The notes below the pieces were generated by a model, which was not told the origin of the DNA, ran no database searches, and worked only from the letters and a program-made list of their open reading frames with translations. This document shows, piece by piece, positions 47,146 to 55,610 of a stretch of DNA of 64,000 bases (position 1 is the stretch's first letter; the number at the start of each line of letters is the position of its first letter). The DNA is taken from the NCBI GenBank assembly GCA_964511375.1, contig CAZEEW010000003.1, positions 10,987 to 74,986 on the forward strand, given 5' to 3'. This DNA comes from an uncultured Gammaproteobacteria bacterium (lineage in GTDB: Bacteria; Patescibacteriota; Patescibacteriia; Magasanikbacterales; GWA2-37-8). The position numbers and the translations under genes were made by a program.

Positions 47146-47664
47146 TTAAGCCAATATTTCTTGTGCTGTCCGTTTGTTTTGCCAGTATTTTATCGCCTCA
47201 TATCCACCGACCAAGAGAGTTACATATGTGAGGTCGCCAAGGAGGGTATTACGGAAGAAGGGAATAGCAGCGACATAGCTCGTCGCTAACCCAGAGAGGT
47301 TGTGGGTGTACATAGTACCAAAGGCCCAAACTGCGAAGTTGGTTAGTACAAAGAAAAGCAAACTATTAAAAATTGTGCTGCCAAAAATATTTCGGAAGTT
47401 TTTTTGTTTTTTTACTACTTGCCCTACTAGAAAAGCAATGGCAAAGCACCCGTATACCGTCGCCATAATCGGCCAAGAATAAAAACCAATAACTAAATCA
47501 CTTAAAAACATGGCGGCTAAGGGGATGAAGAACATTTTACGTGGTAGATATAATCCACCGAATAAGGCGATCGCGGCAATCGGTGCAAAGTTTGGTGCGT
47601 GCGGCAATAACCTTGCCAAGGCTCCAAGAGCAATTAAGAGATAAATTGGTAAGTATTTTTTCAT
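47146..47664 (-). CDS. polytopic membrane protein (ECF-S-component/DUF-like, 5-6 TM)
   Basis: Trimmed to ATG 47664 (MKKYLPIYLL). Hydrophobic throughout. Confidence 0.45.
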   Translation of the reverse strand: MKKYLPIYLLIALGALARLLPHAPNFAPIAAIALFGGLYLPRKMFFIPLAAMFLSDLVIGFYSWPIMATVYGCFAIAFLVGQVVKKQKNFRNIFGSTIFNSLLFFVLTNFAVWAFGTMYTHNLSGLATSYVAAIPFFRNTLLGDLTYVTLLVGGYEAIKYWQNKRTAQEILA

Positions 47665-47717
47665 ATTATCCGAATTATTTAGATGGTTAATTATATCACC
47701 ATTAGAGCAGTTTGTCA

Positions 47718-49499
47718 TTATTTAGACTTATCTCTAAATTTAATTGTTATATAAAGGCCGAGGATAATCAAGGTGGCAATCGATGCGAAGAAAATACGTT
47801 TGATCCAAATATGATAAACCCTATTTTCTTCTTCGGGCTTCGAACTAGTTGTGTTGTTTATTTCTTCCACTGTCTGTTGAGTATCTGTCGCAATCTTTTC
47901 CCCGAGAATATTTTTAGTATCAACGGTTTCTTTTGTCGGTTGTTTATTAATATTCCTTGATTGGGGGATATATTTAATTGGCTGCGAAATAACAGGTGGT
48001 GTTGTAGTAGTCTCCCTTGATTCAGTTGAAGTAGACGTATCCATTTCCACTGTGGTAGTCGGTGTACTAGTAACCATATCCAAAGTAGTGGTCGGTGTAG
48101 AAGTTGGAATAATTATTTCAACCGTAGAAGTAGGAGTGGTGGTGGTTGTTTCAATCACAGGATTATATAGAAAATTACCGCCTCCAACGTTTGGTACTGG
48201 TACTGTTTCAGTAAGCGAACTATCTGTTAAAATTATTGGCCAGCTTTTCCCCAGTAAGGCTGGCACAGCGTGTTTAGTGCCGAACCAGTCGATACCATCA
48301 GCTGAAAAAGAACTAGTATAGTAGCCATCGCTATTCGTCCCTTCGACCAATGACCCAGTCATAACATGCCAAGGATTTTTGCCGACGCTGTTAAACCAAT
48401 CGTTTTGGTTTTCACCCAAAGCATTGATACCCATCATGGCCCACGAGGTAGTAAGAGCATCAGAGGAGCCAAAACCCCATCCACCATCGTTTAATTGGGT
48501 ATTTTTAAGGTAATTCTTAGCATTGGTATAGATATTGGCTTCCACAGCCTTCCCGTGGTTCTCCGCGTATTTTAGAGCGTTTATAGCTGCTCCAGTAATG
48601 TCAGCACCGCTCCAGCCGTCCCAGGTAAAGGATCCATCTGCCTGTTGGTCAGCTATTACTGTCCTTATAATAACGTCCACTGAGTCAGAGTTAGTTTCGC
48701 CTCCTGTCACCAAGCTAAAGAGGCCAAAAATATCATCATTAATACCACGGAGACCGAATTGTTCATCTTTAACGCAGCGAGTCTTAATTTCGTTATTGAG
48801 GTCAGTAATACTTTTTTGGTTTGGGTTGAATCCACCCGCCATTAAACCCAGAGCATGGCGTGGATAGCTTGCGCAATAGTTTAATTCGCTAGAGCCAGAC
48901 AAGTCGTAGCTCTTTAAATAGTCTAAGAGCGAGTCATTTCCTTTTTTTACATTTTTGGAATAAATATTATTGGCTCCCAATGACATAGCTACCCATTCCG
49001 AAGTCGGGCCATCAATAATCATGCCGTCGTCACTCTGTTGGTTTTTGAAGAAGTTCAAAATCTTATTAACTGCACTTTGAATTAAATTTTGATCTACGGG
49101 CGAAGGGGAGGTGGTAGTATTAATGCCTCCACTACCTGAAGTGTTGCTGTCTGTTGAGGTGGGGGTAGTAGTTGCTATTTCAATGGCTGTAGTTGCGTCC
49201 ACAACCTCGGTAGTGGTGGTAGCGGTGGTGGTTGTTGTTGTCGTAACTACATCCAAGGTAGAAGTAGGAAGTGTAGATGTATTTTCTGCTGTGCTACTCA
49301 CAGTATCTGTTGTGGAGCTAGTGACAGTTATCTCGGCTGTTTGCGGTGTAGAAGAAGGAAATGAGTCGTCGTTGAGTAAGTTTTCTTCAGTTGGGGGAGG
49401 TGAGACAGTTTCGTCAGCCAGAACTTGGTGAGTTAATACAAAACTTAATACCAATATAGTCGCTATTCCTCCCAAAAACTTCTTACTTGCTCGTTTCAT
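47718..49499 (-). CDS. secreted Thr-rich surface protein with alpha/alpha-toroid (prenyltransferase/terpene-cyclase-like) central domain and C-terminal TM anchor
   Basis: Signal peptide. Poly-Thr linkers. W/G/D-rich repeats of the kind seen in terpenoid cyclase/PFTB-repeat folds. C-terminal TM IATLIILGLYITI. Confidence 0.4.
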   Translation of the reverse strand: MKRASKKFLGGIATILVLSFVLTHQVLADETVSPPPTEENLLNDDSFPSSTPQTAEITVTSSTTDTVSSTAENTSTLPTSTLDVVTTTTTTTATTTTEVVDATTAIEIATTTPTSTDSNTSGSGGINTTTSPSPVDQNLIQSAVNKILNFFKNQQSDDGMIIDGPTSEWVAMSLGANNIYSKNVKKGNDSLLDYLKSYDLSGSSELNYCASYPRHALGLMAGGFNPNQKSITDLNNEIKTRCVKDEQFGLRGINDDIFGLFSLVTGGETNSDSVDVIIRTVIADQQADGSFTWDGWSGADITGAAINALKYAENHGKAVEANIYTNAKNYLKNTQLNDGGWGFGSSDALTTSWAMMGINALGENQNDWFNSVGKNPWHVMTGSLVEGTNSDGYYTSSFSADGIDWFGTKHAVPALLGKSWPIILTDSSLTETVPVPNVGGGNFLYNPVIETTTTTPTSTVEIIIPTSTPTTTLDMVTSTPTTTVEMDTSTSTESRETTTTPPVISQPIKYIPQSRNINKQPTKETVDTKNILGEKIATDTQQTVEEINNTTSSKPEEENRVYHIWIKRIFFASIATLIILGLYITIKFRDKSK

Positions 49500-50064
49500 A
49501 TTTCCAGGTAATAGAATCGTTATTTTTTAAAATATAGTTAGAGATACCTACTTGGGATGCTTCGCCGTTTACATAAAAGAACCAGTATTTGCCAGTTAAA
49601 CGATCGCTTTTTACTCCATTGATGCTATCCACAAACTTTCCTAGGCTGCCAAATTCTTTTGTTACCCATGCCAACTTACCTTGGGCTTCAAGTTCTGCCA
49701 TGGCAGTGTACAAACTGGTATTTTCGTCATGTGAAATCGCATGGGGCGTACCATTAATTTCAATCGTTATTTTAACTGGTTTGGCCTTCTCACTGATTTC
49801 CGGAATTGTTACGCGCGGTTCGTTGTTTTTGGTATTACTATTGTTCTCGGGAGGTGTCTGGTTTTTTAGAATTTCTCGACGTTCTATCGCTGGAGCAGGT
49901 GGCGGAACAACATCTTCGGTAGTAGTGCTAACAGGTTCCTTATTTTTGTTTTCGCTGTATTTATCTCCAAACTGGGAGAAAAGTAAATACGCACCACTAA
50001 AACCGGCGATGAAAATTAAGACAGCGATTAAACGAACTAGGGCAGGGGATAAAGGTTTAGACAT
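49483..50064 (-). CDS. membrane-anchored protein with C-terminal DUF4430-like domain
   Basis: N-terminal TM, then a Pro-rich linker. The C-terminal block is ITIEINGT...GKYWFFYVNG. Confidence 0.4.
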   Translation of the reverse strand: MSKPLSPALVRLIAVLIFIAGFSGAYLLFSQFGDKYSENKNKEPVSTTTEDVVPPPAPAIERREILKNQTPPENNSNTKNNEPRVTIPEISEKAKPVKITIEINGTPHAISHDENTSLYTAMAELEAQGKLAWVTKEFGSLGKFVDSINGVKSDRLTGKYWFFYVNGEASQVGISNYILKNNDSITWKYETSK

Positions 50065-50288
50065 AATAAAAAATCTCTGTCCAAGCAGAGAAAAAAGATC
50101 TAAAAACAGAGTTCCTGCTCGGGATTTAAAGATATTTGAAGACCGGACTTGTCCCGAATTTGCTCGGGCCTTACCGTTGCGGCACAGTGGAGGAATTACA
50201 CCTCACTTCCACAAATATCTTTTTAAATTGTTAGTATAGAGAGATTAACATTTAGGAAACGGACTGTCAAACAGGAGTTATCAACAGG

Positions 50289-51134
50289 TTAGGCTCCTAT
50301 TATTTCCCTGGTTATTTGGTTAACCCAATCGTACGTTTCGTTTTCAATTAAAACATCAAATAAATCTTGGCAAAACATCTTTTCTTCTTCCTTGTGATGG
50401 TGTATAAAGGCAATTTTTAAAATATTTTCACTTTTGAATCCGTTAGCCATTTGCGCATCACCAGTGCTATCACCCAACAAAATAACGTTAGTGCGGTTTG
50501 TTATGGTTTCCCATAGAGGATAATGGCGAATTGAGGTCTCATCTTTGTTTAAAACATGAATAATCGGCTCCTTAACGCCGATGGCTTTCCCATCCCCATC
50601 CCATACAAAGGAATTAGTAACCACATGCACATTTTTTCGCAGTAAGCCTTCTTTTTCCAGAAACATTCTAATCGTATCACCAATGCCGCTCGAAGAAAGG
50701 ATAAGCAGGGGGATATTGTTAGCGTCTAGTAGATCTAGAAATTCTTTTGTTCCAGATTTTAGTTGAAAGTGTGCGTGGTTTACAACATCTTGTAAATCTG
50801 CGTGACGTAAGCCAGTTTTGATTAATAAATCAAAATGGCGAGTCCACCATTCCCGCATCAGTCTTTTACGTTCTTCGAGTGGTGTTTGTGGGTCATTTTC
50901 GAATGGATGGTAGTGATCAAATAGTTTGTGTGCTTCTTCACGGTATTCTGGAGTTAGATAATCGCCATCACGAAGGATAGAAATTGTCGAAGGTACTGGT
51001 TGGCCATTTATAGTAGTGGTAGTCAATGTGCCGTCAAAATCTGCTACCACATGAATTTCTTCTAAGCCACTTGTTTTCATGGCTTGCAAAGTAGAAGTAA
51101 ATTTTTCTTGGTCACAAATATATTGATCAGCCAT
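50289..51134 (-). CDS. HAD-superfamily hydrolase, pyrimidine 5'-nucleotidase (UMPH-1)-like
   Basis: DFDGTLT (motif I), S/T motif II and GDSTGD (motif IV). Confidence 0.6.
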   Translation of the reverse strand: MADQYICDQEKFTSTLQAMKTSGLEEIHVVADFDGTLTTTTINGQPVPSTISILRDGDYLTPEYREEAHKLFDHYHPFENDPQTPLEERKRLMREWWTRHFDLLIKTGLRHADLQDVVNHAHFQLKSGTKEFLDLLDANNIPLLILSSSGIGDTIRMFLEKEGLLRKNVHVVTNSFVWDGDGKAIGVKEPIIHVLNKDETSIRHYPLWETITNRTNVILLGDSTGDAQMANGFKSENILKIAFIHHHKEEEKMFCQDLFDVLIENETYDWVNQITREIIGA

Positions 51135-51137
51135 ATT

Positions 51138-51551
51138 TTAATTTTTAAAAGCTAACTGTATTTCTTGTTCCATGCCTGGTATATGATCATAACTTTCAAA
51201 TTCTTCTGGTTTTACCCAAGCATATTCAGAAAAATCTTGAGACATGTTTACAGCATCGGAATCGGCCTTAACCAAAAAAGTTAAACCAACCACATTATGT
51301 CCGTCCGGTCGGACGAAGGTGTAGTCTTTCAAGTATTCTTTGTAATCCTGAATTTCCAACCCGGCTTCTTCTTTTACTTCTCGTCGGAGTGTCTCCGTAA
51401 CTGTTTGTCCTTTTTCTACTTTGCCGCCCGGGAAAGCCCACTTACCAGGAAAAGCGATTTCTTTGTCACTGCGTTTTAAGATCAAAAATTTATCTCCCAC
51501 TTGGTTTTTAATAACCGCTGTGATAGCCACAATGTGTTTTTTATCGTCCAT
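51138..51551 (-). CDS. NUDIX hydrolase
   Basis: Nudix box FPGGKVEKGQTVTETLRREVKEEAGL. Trimmed to ATG 51551. Confidence 0.75.
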   Translation of the reverse strand: MDDKKHIVAITAVIKNQVGDKFLILKRSDKEIAFPGKWAFPGGKVEKGQTVTETLRREVKEEAGLEIQDYKEYLKDYTFVRPDGHNVVGLTFLVKADSDAVNMSQDFSEYAWVKPEEFESYDHIPGMEQEIQLAFKN

Positions 51552-51632
51552 ACTTGTTTTTTTTGCTAAATTAAGGTATAATTTGCTGAACTTAGGTATT
51601 CTACAGTATCTAGAATTAAGATTCAAACTTTA

Positions 51633-52571
51633 ATGACCTGGTTAGACAAACAACCGATTATCGCCCTTGCCCCCTTGGCTGACTATACAGATAGTCCTTT
51701 TTGCTGTACTTGTCGTGAGGTTGCTGGTCAAGACTTTGTTATATTCCGTGAGATGGTGAGTAGCGAAGCTTTAGTTAGGAAAAATGAAAAAACTCTAAAA
51801 ATGTGCCAGTTCGAAAATTCTGAGCAGCCAATCGTTATCCAGATTTTTGGTTCTGATCCTAGTACGATTCGCCAGGCAGCACGAATAGTGGTGGATAAAT
51901 ATGCTCCCGATGGGATAGATATTAACATGGGTTGCCCAGTACCAAAAATTACTGGAAAGAACGAAGCTGGGGCGTCTTTGATGAAAGACCCGGAGCGAGC
52001 GGTTAAAATAGTTAGAGAATTAAAGGCAGAAAATCTTGGCGTACCAATTTCGGTTAAAACCCGATTGGGTTGGAAAGACGAAAAAGATATATTAGATTTC
52101 GCTTCGCGCCTGGAAGTGGCCGGTGTTGATGCTTTAACTATCCACGGGCGCACAAAAGTACAAGGATATACCGGGCAAGCCAATTGGGAGATGATTGGCC
52201 AAGTTAAGCAAATATTAAACATCCCGGTAATAGCCAACGGAGACGTACAGTCTAAAAAAGATATGGATAAATGTCTTGAACTAACTCAAGCTAATGGTGT
52301 CATGATTGGTCGTGGCGCTCTTGGTAATCCTTGGATTTTCACCAATAAATTTCCAACTGTTGATGAAATTAAAGCTACTGTTTTGCGCCATGCAGAATTA
52401 CATTTAGACCATTACGGAGAGGGGAGTATGACAACTTTTCGCAAGCACTTAGTTTGGTATTTCAAAGGCGAGCGATGGGTAAATCAAAAGATCTCCTTAA
52501 AGGAGATCCGAATGAAGTTGGTAGCGGTGAGTTCTCTTCATGACCTAGTTATTGCTTTGGAAAAGATTTAA
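51633..52571 (+). CDS. dus: tRNA-dihydrouridine synthase
   Basis: TIM-barrel Dus motifs LAPLADYTD, INMGCP and HGRT. Confidence 0.85.
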   Translation: MTWLDKQPIIALAPLADYTDSPFCCTCREVAGQDFVIFREMVSSEALVRKNEKTLKMCQFENSEQPIVIQIFGSDPSTIRQAARIVVDKYAPDGIDINMGCPVPKITGKNEAGASLMKDPERAVKIVRELKAENLGVPISVKTRLGWKDEKDILDFASRLEVAGVDALTIHGRTKVQGYTGQANWEMIGQVKQILNIPVIANGDVQSKKDMDKCLELTQANGVMIGRGALGNPWIFTNKFPTVDEIKATVLRHAELHLDHYGEGSMTTFRKHLVWYFKGERWVNQKISLKEIRMKLVAVSSLHDLVIALEKI

Positions 52572-53085
52572 AAATATCTAAGGGTATTGGTGGGTTGCCT
52601 TCTAACACATGAAAAAAACATTGCTCACCTCTACGAACTTTACCTATTGCAGTAACTCTCCTGCCGTCAGGAAGATTGATTGACAAAATTTTCCACAGGA
52701 AAAATTCAGGAATATCTGTTTCGGTTATTACATCGTTGTAGTTAAAGTATGTCTTAGTCGGATCTGTTTTTATTTTTCGCGTTATTCGGTCTTCTATCGT
52801 ACGAACTCCTAGGTCGATAAGACGTTCTCTATCTTCTGCTGTTAGAGTTGTCCAGTGGCTATAAATAATCTCACCAGTAAATTTAAAGCCTCTTTTCTTT
52901 AGTAAATCTACTGGATTTTCTCCGCTTAGTATTTCTCTTAAGTCATCAAATCCTTCCTTGGCTCGTGGCGTTAGGCGAGAGCCTGTTTTTGATTCTTGTG
53001 CAGAAGACCTTTTCCCGCCAGCGCCCGATCTATTGTCGGTTGCAAAAAGTTCATACTGTCCATCCGGTCGTCCTCTTGTTTTCAT
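52549..53085 (-). CDS. hypothetical protein, translationally coupled downstream of folD
   Basis: 178-aa ORF whose start overlaps the folD stop (ATGA). No recognisable motifs. Confidence 0.4.
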   Translation of the reverse strand: MKTRGRPDGQYELFATDNRSGAGGKRSSAQESKTGSRLTPRAKEGFDDLREILSGENPVDLLKKRGFKFTGEIIYSHWTTLTAEDRERLIDLGVRTIEDRITRKIKTDPTKTYFNYNDVITETDIPEFFLWKILSINLPDGRRVTAIGKVRRGEQCFFHVLEGNPPIPLDIFKSFPKQ

Positions 53086-53933
53086 ACTTTTTTAATTTTT
53101 CTTTCCGCACAAGTTACAGTGTTTTGTAACAATAAGGCCACCGTAATTGGTCCGATCCCTCCGGGAGTAGGGGTAAAGTAGCTAGCTTTCTTTTTTATTT
53201 CTTTTGCGTTTGCATCACCATACATCTTCTCTCCCACATAGCTAATGCCGGTATCGATAACAATTGTTCCTTTTTTAACCATATCACCACGTAAAAGATT
53301 CTTTTTCCCCACTGCCGTAACCACAATGTCGGCTGTGCGGGTTTTTTCTTTAACATTTTTTGTACGTTTATTGCAGGTTGTAACTGACGCACCTTCGTTC
53401 ATGAGCATAATAGATAGAGGTCGGCCCACTAACGCTCCGGTGCCAACAATAGTAATGTTCTTTCCTTGCAAAGTAGTTTTAGTTTCTTTTAAAGCAGCCA
53501 GTACTGCCTCGGGGGTGGGAGGATAAAGAAAATTAGTGCCCATAACTAATTTTCCCACATTGGTATCTGTTAAGCAATCCACATCAATTGACGGATTAAT
53601 AGCATTAATAACGTCGGGTGTGTACAATCTTTCTGGCAAGGGAAGTTGAACGATTAGACCACACAGATCTCGGTCTTCTTGAATTTTTTTAATTTCGTTA
53701 ACTAATCTATCTCTGTCAATGTTTTCTTTAAAGGAATATAGCGAAAAAGAAATACCTACTCTTTCTGCTGCCTCTTGTTTTTTTCGAATGTATGTTTCTG
53801 ATGGCTTATGGTCGCCAACAAAAATCACAGCCAACCCAGGGCTTAATCCTTTTATTTTGAGCTTTTTCACTCGGTTGACTAACCGCTCTTCAATTTTTTC
53901 AGCAATAATTTTGCCTTTAATTAGCTTGGCCAT
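53082..53933 (-). CDS. folD: bifunctional methylenetetrahydrofolate dehydrogenase/cyclohydrolase
   Basis: FolD motifs: the YxxxK region, GRPLSIMLMN and PGGIGPITVA. Confidence 0.9.
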   Translation of the reverse strand: MAKLIKGKIIAEKIEERLVNRVKKLKIKGLSPGLAVIFVGDHKPSETYIRKKQEAAERVGISFSLYSFKENIDRDRLVNEIKKIQEDRDLCGLIVQLPLPERLYTPDVINAINPSIDVDCLTDTNVGKLVMGTNFLYPPTPEAVLAALKETKTTLQGKNITIVGTGALVGRPLSIMLMNEGASVTTCNKRTKNVKEKTRTADIVVTAVGKKNLLRGDMVKKGTIVIDTGISYVGEKMYGDANAKEIKKKASYFTPTPGGIGPITVALLLQNTVTCAERKIKKV

Positions 53934-53984
53934 ACGATAAGTATGGCCTTATTCTAGCAGATTTTAAGGAAAAAAACAATGTCT

Positions 53985-54530
53985 CTAAGATAAGCGCTGG
54001 CGAAGATACGTGCCGATGTTTTTAAACTTGTCTAAAATGTGCTTAGCTTCAGGATTGTAGTTTTTTAGTACTTTAGGGCCCATCTCTAATTTATGGATTT
54101 TTTCCAATAACTTAAGAGGGTGTAAACGTTTGAAATTGCCGGTTTCTACAAGGGTAATTTTGTTTCTCACATTACTCGGAAAATTTTTTGTAATCTCTTC
54201 ATTAATGGGCTGAGGACAAAAAAGATAAATGTTATTAAAGTCGTGCTTACCAGTATAGCTTTTTAACTTTGGTTGAAGTAGCTTATAGTATTCTTGTTTA
54301 ACAATGTGTACTTTGTCTTCATATACCGCTCCCGATCGAATTGTTTTACCAGATGTCCTGACTTTGAAATGGCCTTCTTTATCTGAATAGTCCGGTTTGT
54401 TGGCTTTAATATATTCCACTTCGTTTATTTCTCCGTCCTTAGCGATTAGCAGCCGAGCGTCATTTGTTCCTGAAACAACAATCAGAGACGTTTCTTTTTG
54501 GAATTTTGGCAACCCTTTTTTGATCATCAT
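53985..54530 (-). CDS. hypothetical protein
   Basis: 181-aa ORF with no recognisable motif. Confidence 0.4.
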   Translation of the reverse strand: MMIKKGLPKFQKETSLIVVSGTNDARLLIAKDGEINEVEYIKANKPDYSDKEGHFKVRTSGKTIRSGAVYEDKVHIVKQEYYKLLQPKLKSYTGKHDFNNIYLFCPQPINEEITKNFPSNVRNKITLVETGNFKRLHPLKLLEKIHKLEMGPKVLKNYNPEAKHILDKFKNIGTYLRQRLS

Positions 54531-54614
54531 ACTTTTGTTAGTTTAAAAGTTATATCTTTATCTTCTCGGATCGTGCATATACTTGTCAAAGGGACAAAAC
54601 TTTTTAATACAAAA

Positions 54615-54677
54615 ACCACCCCGAAAACCCTCCTCCCTCTGAACCTAAACTTTAGGTCAAGAGGGAGAAGCGGGGTG
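54615..54677. repeat. long nested imperfect hairpin (three stacked stems) in islet 4
   Basis: Three stacked stems: ccaccccg/cggggtgg, ctccctct/agagggag and acctaa/ttaggt. Confidence 0.5.
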
Positions 54678-54756
54678 GCTTCTGCGAAAGGAGCGATGAG
54701 GCCGCCCGGCACGGTGCCGGGGGCGGGGATAGGGGACAGTGCGGCTTAGACGCCGG

Positions 54757-54939
54757 CTAGCGGATCAGGAGCGCCGAGCGGCGCCGGGCGGGTTCCTGGT
54801 GGCGGCCGTTGGCGGCCGGGGGCGGGACCTCGGGAACGTCGGTGCGCGGCTCCGAGGCCGCGCGCCGGATCTGCTCGGAGAGCTGCTGCAGGTGGGGGGA
54901 TCCGATCCCCCGGGTCTTCTTGTAGACGCGCTGCTTCAT
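54757..54939 (-). CDS. 60-aa basic, Pro/Arg-rich hydrophilic protein encoded in GC-rich islet 4
   Basis: GC3 about 95%. RBS ggtggag, 7 nt before the ATG. The hairpin ccctgc-N6-gcaggg lies immediately upstream. Other frames here are also open because of composition. Confidence 0.4.
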   Translation of the reverse strand: MKQRVYKKTRGIGSPHLQQLSEQIRRAASEPRTDVPEVPPPAANGRHQEPARRRSALLIR

Positions 54940-55038
54940 GATCTATCTCCACCCTGCGGGCTTGCAGGGCCCGAATATTAAAGCACACTGGAGGGAAAAA
55001 ATCAAGATTGGGCATATTCGGTTGTTAATAAGTTAGAT

Positions 55039-55066
55039 TTGACAAGTTTGGTGGACAGTATATAAT
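55039..55066 (+). promoter_or_regulatory. sigma70-like promoter of cupredoxin gene
   Basis: TTGACA-16-TATAAT. Confidence 0.5.
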
Positions 55067-55111
55067 TGTAAATAACATACATCTTTAGTATGATATATAT
55101 ATTGAATACTT

Positions 55112-55525
55112 ATGTCTAAAATATTAGGATTGTTCGTGGGAGCGCTAGTTGCTCTCGCCTTGTTAGGCGCTGGTTGTAACGGAAACACAAGTCCCGAAAC
55201 CAGCAATACTCCACCCGGAGATAATGGACAAATGGGTAATGTGGATGTAGTAAAAATAGAAGTAACTGGAAAAAATTTTTCTTTTACACCAAGCCGAATC
55301 GAAGTTAAGAAAGGTCAAACTGTTGAAATAACGTTTGTAAATGAAAGCGGTTTTCATGACTGGGTCTTAGATGAGTTCAATGTTCGTACTAAACAAATGC
55401 AAGGCCCATCCACTGAGATCGTTACTTTTGTCGCAGATAAAACCGGAGAATTTGAATACTATTGCAGTGTCGGAAAACATCGTGAAATGGGCATGAAGGG
55501 AACTTTGGTGGTTACAGATAACTAG
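55112..55525 (+). CDS. cupredoxin-domain (plastocyanin/azurin-like blue copper) lipoprotein
   Basis: Lipobox LLGAGC. Type-1 Cu ligand pattern H...C-x2-H-x4-M (YYCSVGKHREMGM). Confidence 0.7.
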   Translation: MSKILGLFVGALVALALLGAGCNGNTSPETSNTPPGDNGQMGNVDVVKIEVTGKNFSFTPSRIEVKKGQTVEITFVNESGFHDWVLDEFNVRTKQMQGPSTEIVTFVADKTGEFEYYCSVGKHREMGMKGTLVVTDN

Positions 55526-55582
55526 GGTAAAGTTTAGTTAAGAAATTTTCTACTTGAACAATAACAATTTAAAGTAGAGTTT

Positions 55583-55610
55583 AAAAAATGCTCGTTAAGG
55601 GCATTTTAAA
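55583..55610. terminator. bidirectional terminator
   Basis: aaaatgc-N9-gcatttt. Confidence 0.5.

Noticed and set aside
48052-49431. + strand ORFs inside the Thr-rich surface protein gene (48052-48321, 48535-48867, 49111-49431)
   Set aside because: Val/Gly-rich mirror translations of poly-Thr (ACN) codon runs on the opposite strand.
51728-52237. 169-aa antisense ORF inside dus
   Set aside because: Shadow ORF of a confidently identified Dus gene.
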